DNA from: a virus
Lineage: Duplodnaviria > Heunggongvirae > Uroviricota > Caudoviricetes
Virus record (IMG/VR): IMGVR_UViG_3300006226_001702
Coordinates: 75,064 to 139,063 of that record
Reading direction: 5' to 3' (one strand)
DNA length: 64,000 nt
This document shows positions 1-10,571 of this stretch, in pieces. The first letter of the stretch is position 1. Each line of letters begins with the position of its first letter. The position numbers were made by a program, and so were the translations under genes. The notes beneath the pieces were generated by a model. That model was not told where the DNA came from. It made no database searches and saw only the letters and a program-made list of their open reading frames with translations.

Positions 1-1
1 A

Positions 2-3000
2 TGATGGGCCATTTGTTACAAATGTTTCATCATCATGATACATGATTCTAAATCTATAATCTTCTTTTCTAATAGTTGATTTTCTTAATATCAATCTGCT
101 GTTATCAAATAATTCTCGTTCTTCAGCTCTTGGTGTGTTAACTGGTTGTCCACCAACATTTGTGTCAAGCCAAGCTAAATCTTGAACAATTTTCATGTTT
201 TCTAATTTAACTAATTGTCTGAAAGTATATTCATACCAGAGGCTTTCATCACCATAAACTGGAGTTTTTCCTTCCATATCAAATGCTTGTGTTGAACCAG
301 CTGCTTTTGATGGAGTTACAACTCTTAATTTTACTACGTTTTTATTATCAGGAGCACCTGGAATTATTAAGAAATCTCTATCTCCAGGTTTTTCTAATAA
401 TTTAATACCAAACTTGTACATATTTATTACTTCAGCTTGTGATAATTGAGCTGTAATATCATCTGAATGTTTGAACAATATTACTTTAATCTGAGTTGTG
501 TCGTACATTGTTATGTACACAGGCTCTGGTCTAATTAAAGGATTTTGTGACCAATCATTATTGATCATGAATTCTTTATTTATAAAATCGATATCAATTT
601 TGTTTAAAGTATCGTCTTCATAATAAATCAATTCTTTCTTATCAGATGTGAAATTATTTACAACTGATAATTCAGGTTTAGTTCCATTATAGAATATTTT
701 TCTATAAATAAATGGTGTCATTACTAATACTTGACTAAATTTTCCTAATGCAGGTTCATCAATTGTTGGCACATAATTTGCATCAATGCTAGTTAAAGCA
801 TTACCTTCATAAGTTTTATCATCCCAAATTTTTCCTCTAACAGGCATTCTTGTAATTTTAAAGTCCCACTTATTTTTAATTATATGTCTGTTTGTGTTTT
901 CACCCGTGTTGTTTTTGAGACTGTGAATGAAATATCCAACATCACCAGCATCTGGAACTAAATTAAGTTCAAATTTGATTTCGTCATAATATGATTGGAA
1001 TTTCATATTATAGCCACTATCATCATATAAATGATGAGATGAATGAATTAAGTTCTTTGGTAAGTGTCTGTTTATATCAACAGTAACTATATGAGGAACT
1101 GGTCTAAAGTCAATTCTTAAGTCATAAATTCCAGTATCAGTGTCTTTAACTTCAGGGAATACGAATACGTTACCTGTTCCATCTACTTTGTCATGCTCAC
1201 CCATCATTACACGACCTCTTGCTAGAACTCTATTAGCAAATTCTGATGAGTTTTCTTTAGCAACGTCAATGATTTCCCAGTCATAGCCGAGCTCATAGTT
1301 GTGAGTCCAACCGTTACAAATTCCACTTAATTCACTATCAGTTGTTAAGTTAGGATCTCTATCAGCATCCTTGTTAGTGAATAATGAATTAATGAAGATT
1401 TTTTCTCCAGGTCGTCTAACGATGTATGTTACTTTTTCTCTATCAAGTTCGAGACTTCTAAATCTTGAGTCTCCCATTGACATTAAGTCTTTATTTTTAC
1501 TAAAAAGTTTTACTGCATCTTCAGTACCTCTAAATGTTGAATTAAGAGGGAATTCTCCTTTTATATTACCTAAGAGAATTGAAATACCATCAATTACAAT
1601 GTTCTTAACATTTGGTGTAGTCTGTTTAATAACGAGACCATTTCTATCATTTTCTTGATAACCAATTGCATGAATCACACTCATTGCGTTTATTTCTAAG
1701 TTCTCTAATCCAACTTCATATAAGTCAACTGCATTGTGTAAGTGGTTATTGATTTTGAAGTTACAAATTTGTCCGTCTTTGCCTTGTTCAACATAGAATG
1801 TGTAATGTCTTCCATTTATCACATTTGTAAATTGAACTTGTGCATCTACTAAGAGCACTATTTTGTAAACTGAATGATATTTGTCAAGCTCAATAGTTGT
1901 TGTACCAGCATCACCAACTTTATCAATTGTGTAAGTTTTAATGCTACTTCCATAAGCATTGAGATAAGTTTCTTTCTTGTGTAAGTTACCAAATATTTCA
2001 ATATTTTCAAGTAACATATTATCATAAGAATCATTTTTAAATTCAGCTTCATTTAAGTCAATAGGAGCAATATATTCTTCTCCCTTAATGAATTTGATGT
2101 TACTGAAGTCAATAACTTTTCTATCATTTTCAGGTTTAACATAAGAATAGTTAACACCATCTGTTGGTTGCTTAAAGAGAATTCTTTCAGCTAATTCAAA
2201 TGTGCCATCATTAAGCCATTCATTAAATTTAACATTATCTTCAATAACTAAATCAAACTGTTCAATGCTATATGAAGCCCATTCATTGGCTTCACTATGA
2301 ATTGTTGAAACAGTTTCAGTTTTAGTATAAACATCTTTTTTAGTATAAAATTCATCTCTTATATCTTCTTCAGTTATATAAGGTTTAATGTTTTCATCAA
2401 AGTTATCTTTAACAATACCAGGAATTGAATCTTCAAGAGTATCAATTTTTTCATCAAGTCTTTCAACTTCTTCTTTATATTCTTTTTCAATTCTTACATT
2501 CTCTCTAGTACGTTCATCAACTTCATTTTCTAAAAGAACTGAAACAGCTTTAAAATCTCCAGATATAGCATCTGTAAATTCTCTACCAGCATATCTACTA
2601 TCAATTTCTTGGCCATAAACTTTTATCTCTGGGTGTTCTTCAATTCTTTCATAAACATAAACTTGGTCAACTACATTTAATTTATGTGTGTCACCATATT
2701 CAATTCTTTCATCTTCACCAATAACTATGTCATCAGCGGTGAGATTAAACTTCTCAGCATCAATTCTAAGCTCTTCAGTTACAACTCTAATATCCTTTGC
2801 ATTAGTTAATGAGAAGTGTTCAGTTTCAATTATAGCATCAGTTGCTTTGATGTCTAAATCTTTTTCAACATCAATAGTAAAATTGCCATCTTCATCTGAG
2901 CCGTCACTATCAACTGTTATTCCCATGTTAGTCTCAGTAGTTAAGTTATAATTGCCAATAACACTAATTTCTTCATTTCCATCAAGTTGTGTTACTCTTG

Positions 3001-5539
3001 TGCCAATAAAGTGTTGGTCAGTTGTTTCTTGAACTTCTAATTTAAGATTGCCACTGATTGTAGATGTAACATCTTTTTCAACATGTGAAGTAACATTTCC
3101 GCTAATATTTTCAATTTGGTCTTTAACTACATAACCGTGAACATTTCCGCTAATTGTGTAATTAAGATTTTCATCAGTGTTTAAGTTATAGTTAAGCGCA
3201 TTTTGTGTCCAATTGAGAAGAGTTCCTTCTGGGAATTGGTCACTGTTTATTAAGCTTCTAGCTTCAGCAATAACATCAGCATATTGGATAACCCAAAGCT
3301 CAACACTAATGTTTGTGAGTGCAGCAGCTCCGTTACCTCTTACAAATACTTTGTCAAATTTCTGTAATGATGCACCTGGCCAATTGATTGTATCTCCAGT
3401 CATACTACCAGCAGTATCAGGAACTAAAACACCTTCTTCATCAAGTTTGTTAAAGCCAAAAGAGCCAACAGTTACTGAAGGAGAAGCAGGCATGAATTTA
3501 TTATCAGTTCTAAAATGGATTGGAATGTATTTATCTTCACCATCCATTAAAGATGCAACTGCTTGAACTTTTAGTTTGCTGTTAAATACTATAAATCCTT
3601 CTTTTTCTAAAGAAGCAATAAATGGTAACAAGCCATGGAATATTTCATCACCAACATTAACACCAGTTGGTTTACTATATTGACTTGCAGGTGGTACACC
3701 AGTTTCAACATAATTTGGATGTGTTGAAGGATTCCATACTGACATTCCAGGAACCCAAACGATTCTTTTTGATTCACTTTCAGGTTGCTGAATTAATGAT
3801 GGAATAACTACATTTCTGTAAATGTCCCAGCGTTCGTGGTTTCTATCCCAGTTAGCATGATCATCATTCATTGGGATGTTTATCTTATTTGCTAAGAGAA
3901 CATCAAGCTCTCTAAAGAGATCAGTTTGTTCTTGGATGTCGCCTTCTATTTTGCCCCAAGATGCTTTTAAGTGATGTTCACCTTTAGTTATAACGTGTGA
4001 TAATGGAGTACCATTATAAAGTGGCTCGCCTTCACCTGTGTCTGGGTCCCATTTTGGTCCAACGAGATTAAGAGCAAGACGATCATTCATTGTTTCTCGT
4101 CTATCACCAATATCAACAGTTTGCATTTGTGCATAAGTGAAAGTTATTCTAAAGCTACCAATATTTATTGGCATGTTTGTATTATATTCACCAGAGTTTG
4201 AACTTCTAACTCTTAGTCTAATGTTGTTAAAAGTTTCAAGTGGTTTAATTTTCCAAATATCTACAGTGTTTTTGAAGTCAAATGTTCTTGACCTATGTTT
4301 TGGTCTGTGGCCTGTTGCTGAGTATAAATCAGTTTCAAACCAAGCTTCAATATTTAATGCTCCGACTGCAACATTGTTTATCTCAATCTTAACTTCTTTA
4401 ACTCTACAATTTCTATTTTTGAATTCATTGAAGACAAGAGCTAATTGGTCAATTACTATATCATTATCTCTTCCTGAGAAAGTTTTGTTTAAGTTTCCAC
4501 CTTCTAAAACTTGAGTCTTATCTTCTTCTTCACCTATTTGTTCGAATGCTTTTTCAAACACACCATTAGTTGCGATGAATCTATCATTATCTTCTGGAAG
4601 AGGTTGAATTGCACCATAAGTGTACTCGAGCATTGCTCTTTCCTCAGGACTAAAGTGAGGTGAAGTTACATTACCAATATCATTTATGTGATGGTCAAGT
4701 TGATTTCTAGTTTCGTCAAAAGCCTCATTTAAGTAGCCGCTAACTTCATGTAAGAGTCCACTTGCATTATTCCAAGCTTCTCTTTCAAAATCACCACTTA
4801 AGTGATAGTTCCAGTTGTTAGTGTGCTGATGATGTGCTGGATATGTTACGAATGCGCGCATATCAGGAATGCCAACTTCAATCCAACCTTCTTGAATTGA
4901 ACCCTTAACTCCTTGATGTTTATCATGCTGTCGTAAGTCCCAAATCCAATAAGTTGCTTCTTGCTTGTCTAAGTCTGTTCCTGGTTTTGGTTCAACGAGA
5001 TAGAAGTTTTCAGTCATACCTCCGTCCATGAATGTTTGATTAAGAACATCTTCTGGAGTTTCACACCAGTCACCAGTTTTTGGGTCTATGCACCATGAAA
5101 CGTAAATGTAAGTTCTGTCATTATTATCGTTTATCTTCTTTGAGATTAAGTCGTAAATTTCTTGTTTAGTGAATGTGTCGATTATCTGTGGAGTAATCTG
5201 AAGTTTAATAGCTCCATCAGCATTTGGGAGTTGTAAAGGTCTATCATTAATTGCAATAGCTTGAATACCATTGATTTCAGCTTCTGGCAATTCCATCCAA
5301 CCAGTCCAAGTTGGGTTACCATAGATATCTTTTACTAGTCTTTTTTCCCAGAGTTTTCCAGGTGCTCCGTCTTCATCTTTTGCTCTAAAGACTTGTCTAC
5401 CAGCGTCAAAGTTATAGCGCCATGATTGGAAGATACCATCACGAGCCTGCGGGAAGTCATTAAGTTTTCCCTCTTTGTAATAAATTGTTCCATTGTGTTG
5501 TCTTTCAAACGTTTCCTGTGGATATATAGGTATAGACAT
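2..5539 (-). CDS. Giant virion structural protein (tail fibre/baseplate-associated), >1846 aa, 3'-truncated at window edge; absent from ORF track
   Basis: ATG at 5539 with AGGAG SD. Manual translation (MSIPIYPQETFERQHNG...) stays in one frame at every checkpoint down to position 2, with no stop found. Contains 16-aa ISGN repeats at ~3000-3160. Confidence 0.85.
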   Translation of the reverse strand, partial: MSIPIYPQETFERQHNGTIYYKEGKLNDFPQARDGIFQSWRYNFDAGRQVFRAKDEDGAPGKLWEKRLVKDIYGNPTWTGWMELPEAEINGIQAIAINDRPLQLPNADGAIKLQITPQIIDTFTKQEIYDLISKKINDNNDRTYIYVSWCIDPKTGDWCETPEDVLNQTFMDGGMTENFYLVEPKPGTDLDKQEATYWIWDLRQHDKHQGVKGSIQEGWIEVGIPDMRAFVTYPAHHQHTNNWNYHLSGDFEREAWNNASGLLHEVSGYLNEAFDETRNQLDHHINDIGNVTSPHFSPEERAMLEYTYGAIQPLPEDNDRFIATNGVFEKAFEQIGEEEDKTQVLEGGNLNKTFSGRDNDIVIDQLALVFNEFKNRNCRVKEVKIEINNVAVGALNIEAWFETDLYSATGHRPKHRSRTFDFKNTVDIWKIKPLETFNNIRLRVRSSNSGEYNTNMPINIGSFRITFTYAQMQTVDIGDRRETMNDRLALNLVGPKWDPDTGEGEPLYNGTPLSHVITKGEHHLKASWGKIEGDIQEQTDLFRELDVLLANKINIPMNDDHANWDRNHERWDIYRNVVIPSLIQQPESESKRIVWVPGMSVWNPSTHPNYVETGVPPASQYSKPTGVNVGDEIFHGLLPFIASLEKEGFIVFNSKLKVQAVASLMDGEDKYIPIHFRTDNKFMPASPSVTVGSFGFNKLDEEGVLVPDTAGSMTGDTINWPGASLQKFDKVFVRGNGAAALTNISVELWVIQYADVIAEARSLINSDQFPEGTLLNWTQNALNYNLNTDENLNYTISGNVHGYVVKDQIENISGNVTSHVEKDVTSTISGNLKLEVQETTDQHFIGTRVTQLDGNEEISVIGNYNLTTETNMGITVDSDGSDEDGNFTIDVEKDLDIKATDAIIETEHFSLTNAKDIRVVTEELRIDAEKFNLTADDIVIGEDERIEYGDTHKLNVVDQVYVYERIEEHPEIKVYGQEIDSRYAGREFTDAISGDFKAVSVLLENEVDERTRENVRIEKEYKEEVERLDEKIDTLEDSIPGIVKDNFDENIKPYITEEDIRDEFYTKKDVYTKTETVSTIHSEANEWASYSIEQFDLVIEDNVKFNEWLNDGTFELAERILFKQPTDGVNYSYVKPENDRKVIDFSNIKFIKGEEYIAPIDLNEAEFKNDSYDNMLLENIEIFGNLHKKETYLNAYGSSIKTYTIDKVGDAGTTTIELDKYHSVYKIVLLVDAQVQFTNVINGRHYTFYVEQGKDGQICNFKINNHLHNAVDLYEVGLENLEINAMSVIHAIGYQENDRNGLVIKQTTPNVKNIVIDGISILLGNIKGEFPLNSTFRGTEDAVKLFSKNKDLMSMGDSRFRSLELDREKVTYIVRRPGEKIFINSLFTNKDADRDPNLTTDSELSGICNGWTHNYELGYDWEIIDVAKENSSEFANRVLARGRVMMGEHDKVDGTGNVFVFPEVKDTDTGIYDLRIDFRPVPHIVTVDINRHLPKNLIHSSHHLYDDSGYNMKFQSYYDEIKFELNLVPDAGDVGYFIHSLKNNTGENTNRHIIKNKWDFKITRMPVRGKIWDDKTYEGNALTSIDANYVPTIDEPALGKFSQVLVMTPFIYRKIFYNGTKPELSVVNNFTSDKKELIYYEDDTLNKIDIDFINKEFMINNDWSQNPLIRPEPVYITMYDTTQIKVILFKHSDDITAQLSQAEVINMYKFGIKLLEKPGDRDFLIIPGAPDNKNVVKLRVVTPSKAAGSTQAFDMEGKTPVYGDESLWYEYTFRQLVKLENMKIVQDLAWLDTNVGGQPVNTPRAEERELFDNSRLILRKSTIRKEDYRFRIMYHDDETFVTNGPS

Positions 5540-5571
5540 TAATTTGCTAATCTCCTTTTATTCGATTTATT

Positions 5572-5579
5572 AAGTTAGT
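5572..5579 (-). promoter_or_regulatory. Class I (late-like) motif ACTAACTT upstream of the giant ORF
   Basis: Matches the recurrent ACTAAnT(A/T) motif; followed by SD AGGAG and ATG 5539. Confidence 0.5.
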
Positions 5580-5631
5580 TATTTTGACTTTTAATAATAT
5601 GACTTCTTAATTTTTTAGAGAAGTCTCAAGG

Positions 5632-5639
5632 ACTAACTA
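5632..5639 (+). promoter_or_regulatory. Class I motif ACTAACTA, 2 nt before an SD-less ATG
   Basis: ACTAACTA-AT-ATG(5642). Confidence 0.6.
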
Positions 5640-5641
5640 AT

Positions 5642-5887
5642 ATGATGTATGAGTGGTATAACAATGGACAAGTCAACAAAAAAGTTAACTTAGGAGATGA
5701 GCCACCAGAGGGCTTTATTAAGGGATATAAGCTCAAAAATAATATGAAAAAACTAAGAGAATTGACTAGAATTTATGAGATTCGTGTGGAAAATGCTCGA
5801 ATTAAATATAACGAAAAATTTGAAAAAGAGAAAGAAAAGTTAGAAAAAGAGCTGCTAATTAGGCAGAAACTTTTAACTCCGTTTTAA
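5642..5887 (+). CDS. Small protein with a WxNNG..K....PEGF.KG module
   Basis: N-terminus resembles the C-terminal module of the HNH protein at 39704-40468 (WVNNGVNNKRVKENEIPEGYVRG); class I motif upstream. Confidence 0.6.
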   Translation: MMYEWYNNGQVNKKVNLGDEPPEGFIKGYKLKNNMKKLRELTRIYEIRVENARIKYNEKFEKEKEKLEKELLIRQKLLTPF

Positions 5888-6073
5888 GTCGTCTATTTTT
5901 TGAATGTTAAAACTTTTATCTTCATCATAATTTCTACAATGGTTCAAGTAATAGTCAGATTGTGGTTGCCTCAATTCTGACCACCCATCATAATTATCAC
6001 ACTTTTTCTTAGAAACTGAAGTTTTCCAATTTTTACACTTTTCACAAAAATAATCTGTTGCTGGACTAAACAT
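5873..6073 (-). CDS. Small Cys-containing hypothetical protein
   Basis: CEKC plus further Cys; GTTAATATA motif 5 nt upstream of the ATG. Confidence 0.55.
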   Translation of the reverse strand: MFSPATDYFCEKCKNWKTSVSKKKCDNYDGWSELRQPQSDYYLNHCRNYDEDKSFNIQKIDDLKRS

Positions 6074-6162
6074 AGTAATATATTAACTATATTTAATTTT
6101 TAGTAATAAAATTACATTTTAACTATTAAAATATAACTAACTACACATAGGAGAAACAAGTT

Positions 6163-6834
6163 ATGAAAACTCGATTTTTAACGGGTGCATGCTTAGCACT
6201 TATTTTAAGCATATTTATGTTCGGATGTACTTGGGGTGATGAAGATGAAAAGGATGAACCAAATAATCCAATCATTGGAACCATCAATGCCGAAGTACAA
6301 GTCTCAGGAGTAGTAGTACCATTTACTGGAACTGATATCACTACAGGCGAAGTTTTACGCTTTAGATTTTCAGAAGCAATAGCTGATGTTGCATTAGAGA
6401 TTACAGTTGAAGATGTTGATGGAAGCAGCACAACTCGAAATGTAGTGAACACCTACACAATTCCAACTGTATCATCAGTCGGCGATAGAATTCAAATTGT
6501 TGCAACTTTACAAAGTGGCTCATTGATCACGAGAACATTTAACTTCGTTGTTGTTGAAGAACTCATACCAGAATTTAGCATTAGAGCTGTTGATGGTGTT
6601 AGAGCCGATTTAACAGATGATGATGTAACTTTGAAGTTTGAAGTTGCTAGAACTGATACTTTAGGTAAGAGAATTGATGACGATGATTTTGTCTGGAACC
6701 CTGGCAATAAAAATGGAAACACATTTAGTTTAGAACTAAAAGCTGCCGATCATAGCGAAGATACTACTGTTGATGTAGTACTAACATATGGTGAAATTGA
6801 GAAAAAAGTAACTGTAACTGTAATAGCTGAATAA
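6163..6834 (+). CDS. Lipoprotein with predicted beta-rich (Ig-like) body
   Basis: MKTR + hydrophobic stretch + FMFG-C lipobox; SD AGGAG; ACTAACTA motif at 6136-6143. Confidence 0.75.
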   Translation: MKTRFLTGACLALILSIFMFGCTWGDEDEKDEPNNPIIGTINAEVQVSGVVVPFTGTDITTGEVLRFRFSEAIADVALEITVEDVDGSSTTRNVVNTYTIPTVSSVGDRIQIVATLQSGSLITRTFNFVVVEELIPEFSIRAVDGVRADLTDDDVTLKFEVARTDTLGKRIDDDDFVWNPGNKNGNTFSLELKAADHSEDTTVDVVLTYGEIEKKVTVTVIAE

Positions 6835-6929
6835 TGCGTTAACTTTGCTAGCTCATCAGTGTCGGATGACCTTGTTAAGTAAATGTGCGAAAGAGAGTGG
6901 AATGAATATTTCACTCTCTTTTTTTATGT

Positions 6930-6937
6930 ACTAATTA
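6930..6937 (+). promoter_or_regulatory. Class I motif ACTAATTA, 2 nt before ATG 6940
   Basis: ACTAATTA-TT-ATG. Confidence 0.6.
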
Positions 6938-6939
6938 TT

Positions 6940-9579
6940 ATGAAAAGATTTGATCAGACTTCTATATATAATAGATTGATCCAACGATTACAAGTCAAAG
7001 AAGACTGGGCCAACATTCTTGGCGTAGGAACAATTGGTAACTTAATTCAAGTAATATCTGAAGGTAATGCCGAATTAGCGCGCTATCTTGAATATCTCTA
7101 TAACGAAAAGAAATGGCGCAATGCCAGAAATATGTCATCATTAATGCACTTATCTGACTTAATTTCGTATAAGCGACAACTTCCAAAAAGTGCCGTTGGT
7201 CATGTTGTTGTATCACATTCAGACATACACAATGTTGAAAGATTGCCAAATTATGGCATCACTTTTTTCGATTTAGACCAGCCTTCAAACTTTGACGATT
7301 TAGTTGAAGACGCAAGAGCCTCATATGTTGAAACTACAGCTTTAGTGCCATGGACTTCAGATAGCAGATACATGATCCCAAAAGGAACTGAGTTCAAAAC
7401 TAATTCAGGTATCACATTCGTTAGCCTCGAAACTATAGAATCTCGTGCACTCAAAGAGCCTTACTCACTCATAAAAGCTGACCCAGCCAAATTAGAAGAT
7501 TTTAGACGAGCTGGTGGTTGGAATGGAATTAAGTACGTCAAAGTGCCAGTCATTCAAGGTGAGCTTGTAACGATACAGTTTGGTTTAACTAAAGGTAGAA
7601 GATTTGAATCATTCGTAATAGATAGTTTGAGCGTTGAAAATGCTAGTAACATTGTGTCAGAACAATTCTTCAAAGTTGAATTACACTTTGCTAACACTGG
7701 GGTAACTGAAACTTGGGAAAAAATCCACAACATACGATTAGCGGGTCCTTATGATCGCGTCTTTGAAGCTAGAGTGCTTAACAACGAGAATGCAGTCCTC
7801 ATTAAGTTCGGTGACGGCATAACTGGTAGGATGCTTCCAACTGGTGCAAACTTAGTAGTCAAGTACATTGAAACTTTGGGAAGTCGCGGTAATGTGTTTG
7901 AGCGCTTCCAAATTGTGAGCATGCAATTCCCAGCAGGCCACAGGATGATTGACCCGAGGACGAATCAACAGTCAGGCTTTTTGAACTGTACTAACATCCT
8001 TCCGGTTATGGGTGGGCATGACATCGAGCTTGAAGAAGACATCCGCCAAAACGCCCCGCCATCATATTTGCAATCATATACGATATCAACACAACCTTCA
8101 TATTATGAACAGATAATGAAGAACAGTCCAATTAGCTTATTGCACTGTAAAATCTTCTTTTCAAATGTGTATGAAACTCAAGGATATGGGTCAAACCCAA
8201 CTATATCAAGTAACTTCATATCAAACTTAAACACTTCAGTTAGCAGCAATGTTCTTCAAGAAATATCAATGAATAAGAATATCCTGCTCATAACAGCTAT
8301 TAAGTCAAATGGCCAAAAAATTGATGACCCTCAAAATGAACTCATTGACCCAATTATTAAGGCCTTCGTAGATGTTAAGTCACCTTCAGACTCATTCGAT
8401 TACATTGAGCCAAACTACATTGAGATACGCCCAAATATATTGATCAACACAACTGAATCACTCACAGAGAACGATATAATTGCTAAAGTGCAGCCAAACA
8501 TCATGAACAGGTATAGCATCTTTAACACTGACTTTGATGAACCATTTTACAAGAGTGATATTGTTGATATAACTCAGAGCAGTCTAATCAGTACTTACAG
8601 TGAAGTTTTCTTAGAGGCAAAAGCTGCATTAGCCCCGCTTCCAATTGTGTTAAGTCATAGAGGAGATGGTAAAGAAGTCATGAATGATGAAACAGCTCTT
8701 TTGGCTTTCCCATTTAACTTTGACAAAGTATTTGCACAGAATAAGTTGAACCCAGGCTTTAAGAACTTCAAAGTTAAATCACCATATCTCATTAGAGCCG
8801 ACATATCATTTAGAAGCATACCAGAAAAGAATCGCTCGTTATTCTTATTAGATGAACGAACTCATCTACAGGATGTTATCACTCTAATTGAAGCTGAGCA
8901 AACTCCGATTGACCCATCAATAACGATTCCAATCATTAAGGATGTTAGAAGATATGATAACTTCGAAGAGTTTGTGCTATTCAACAATTATGCAGAAAGC
9001 TTCTTTAATCAGCAGTCTCGCACAATTCAGTTTAACTCAATTGAAAGAATAACGACACCAACTTACTTTTATCAGATGAGACAATTCAACATTAGTCCAG
9101 TGGAAAACAGGCCGCTCTATATTGATGAAAGTGGAAAGAACAAACTTTTTGAAAGAGAAGAAGTTATCCCACAAGAAAGAATCTCATTAAACTTCACAAC
9201 TGAAGATGTAGGACAATTTTGTTACAGAAAAAACACTCAGTTTATTGAAGACTGCAAAATCATTTTCCATGAGAATTATCATGACACTAAGTCACCACAA
9301 TATGCAAGAGGGTTTGTCGTTATTCCATTGAAGTATGTATTTGGCGGGGCTCAAGGACAAACGTCAGTTGAAATGGAACAGTTGGGAAATTCAATGACTG
9401 AAGATCGAGATAAAGTTGTTATGGCAGAGAAAATGAACTTCTTATTAAGGGACCAGTTTACATTGAATGTTTATGCTATTCCAATGGAGGATAATTTCCA
9501 TTGTGAAAATCCATTTGATATCATATTTACTGCTAGAGATAACTGTTTAATTCAGAAACAATTTATAACTTCTAAATAA
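6940..9579 (+). CDS. Baseplate wedge protein (T4 gp6 / baseplate J-like)
   Basis: IPKGTEFKT..GITFVSLE, VPVIQG, LIKFGDGITGRMLPTGA..VKY..TLGSRGN and GGHDIE.EEDIRQNAP are typical gp6/J-like segments. Start moved from 6883 to 6940 on the basis of the motif. Confidence 0.8.
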   Translation: MKRFDQTSIYNRLIQRLQVKEDWANILGVGTIGNLIQVISEGNAELARYLEYLYNEKKWRNARNMSSLMHLSDLISYKRQLPKSAVGHVVVSHSDIHNVERLPNYGITFFDLDQPSNFDDLVEDARASYVETTALVPWTSDSRYMIPKGTEFKTNSGITFVSLETIESRALKEPYSLIKADPAKLEDFRRAGGWNGIKYVKVPVIQGELVTIQFGLTKGRRFESFVIDSLSVENASNIVSEQFFKVELHFANTGVTETWEKIHNIRLAGPYDRVFEARVLNNENAVLIKFGDGITGRMLPTGANLVVKYIETLGSRGNVFERFQIVSMQFPAGHRMIDPRTNQQSGFLNCTNILPVMGGHDIELEEDIRQNAPPSYLQSYTISTQPSYYEQIMKNSPISLLHCKIFFSNVYETQGYGSNPTISSNFISNLNTSVSSNVLQEISMNKNILLITAIKSNGQKIDDPQNELIDPIIKAFVDVKSPSDSFDYIEPNYIEIRPNILINTTESLTENDIIAKVQPNIMNRYSIFNTDFDEPFYKSDIVDITQSSLISTYSEVFLEAKAALAPLPIVLSHRGDGKEVMNDETALLAFPFNFDKVFAQNKLNPGFKNFKVKSPYLIRADISFRSIPEKNRSLFLLDERTHLQDVITLIEAEQTPIDPSITIPIIKDVRRYDNFEEFVLFNNYAESFFNQQSRTIQFNSIERITTPTYFYQMRQFNISPVENRPLYIDESGKNKLFEREEVIPQERISLNFTTEDVGQFCYRKNTQFIEDCKIIFHENYHDTKSPQYARGFVVIPLKYVFGGAQGQTSVEMEQLGNSMTEDRDKVVMAEKMNFLLRDQFTLNVYAIPMEDNFHCENPFDIIFTARDNCLIQKQFITSK

Positions 9580-9605
9580 AAATGGGAGCCATTTGGCCCC
9601 CCATT
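9575..9605 (-). terminator. Hairpin between convergent genes, probable intrinsic terminator
   Basis: Minus strand AATGGGGGGCC-AAAT-GGCTCCCATT followed by TTTATT. Confidence 0.6.
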
Positions 9606-9608
9606 AAG

Positions 9609-10025
9609 TTATTTTGCAAATTGTAATTCTTTTAAGTCCTCATTATAAATAACAAGTTTTACGTTTTTAGTTTTCAAGTAATCCAAAAGTTCTTTAACTT
9701 GATGTTTATAAGCAAGATCTACGCAGTCAACTCTTCCCCCATGTTTTTTTAGAAACTTAGTTTTTACTGGTACACAAAGTCCTTGATAAGTTTGTCTCGT
9801 GCCAGGGGTGTCACCAAAACCCCCACCATAGCAATACATAAAATCATCAGTTAAATTCCTCACAAATTTATAAATGACATCATCAAGTTCATTAGCCATG
9901 TCATTGTCGCTCATGAAAAAGTTAATTTCCCACGACCTTTGCCAATTTTTGTTTTGAATTTTGACATCAATTGTTTCGACCCATTTGTTAGTGTACACAA
10001 CTTGCCTTTTTGTCTTTACTTCCAT
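9609..10025 (-). CDS. Hypothetical protein
   Basis: 138-aa ORF with a purine-rich SD-like leader. Confidence 0.7.
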   Translation of the reverse strand: MEVKTKRQVVYTNKWVETIDVKIQNKNWQRSWEINFFMSDNDMANELDDVIYKFVRNLTDDFMYCYGGGFGDTPGTRQTYQGLCVPVKTKFLKKHGGRVDCVDLAYKHQVKELLDYLKTKNVKLVIYNEDLKELQFAK

Positions 10026-10136
10026 AAAACCCTACCCTTTGTTTTAAAAGATCTCTGTGCCATTAACAATGGCATTAATAATATATAAGATTTGCTTTTT
10101 AAATGTTCAATTATCTTTTCCCCAACTATTTAATAT

Positions 10137-10571
10137 ATGGAAAATGATAATGATACTTTAATAACGAATGAAAAATCGTTATTTCAAAAGAAGATAAACA
10201 ATATACTAAAAAAGGATGTCTCAGAAGAAGTCATCAAGGACTTAATCAAGTTACACTATTTACGACTAGCCTCTAAAAATGAATCACAATTTTTGCTAGT
10301 TGAAATCTATGAATTGTTGGGCTCTGAGTTATTTGCTGAGTTTATTGAATTGATGAATGGTAGAACTTTCACATTCCCTGATAGAGAGTCATTCAAAGAG
10401 TCAGTTCAAATTGCCCTCTGCTATTATTTCAAGTACTTCAAGCACAAAAAGTGGGACGAGATTAAGAACATTCTACAGGACGAGGAAGTGAGTTCAATTA
10501 AGTACGGGATTAACTGTAATAAGTTGAACAGCTTTATCAATGAAATGGCAGGCAAGATTGTTGATGAATAA
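10137..10571 (+). CDS. Possible Mor/C-family-like transcription activator
   Basis: ELLGSELFAEFIELMNGRTFTFP resembles the Mor-family core (IG.E....L...FGG..IYIP). Confidence 0.4.
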   Translation: MENDNDTLITNEKSLFQKKINNILKKDVSEEVIKDLIKLHYLRLASKNESQFLLVEIYELLGSELFAEFIELMNGRTFTFPDRESFKESVQIALCYYFKYFKHKKWDEIKNILQDEEVSSIKYGINCNKLNSFINEMAGKIVDE

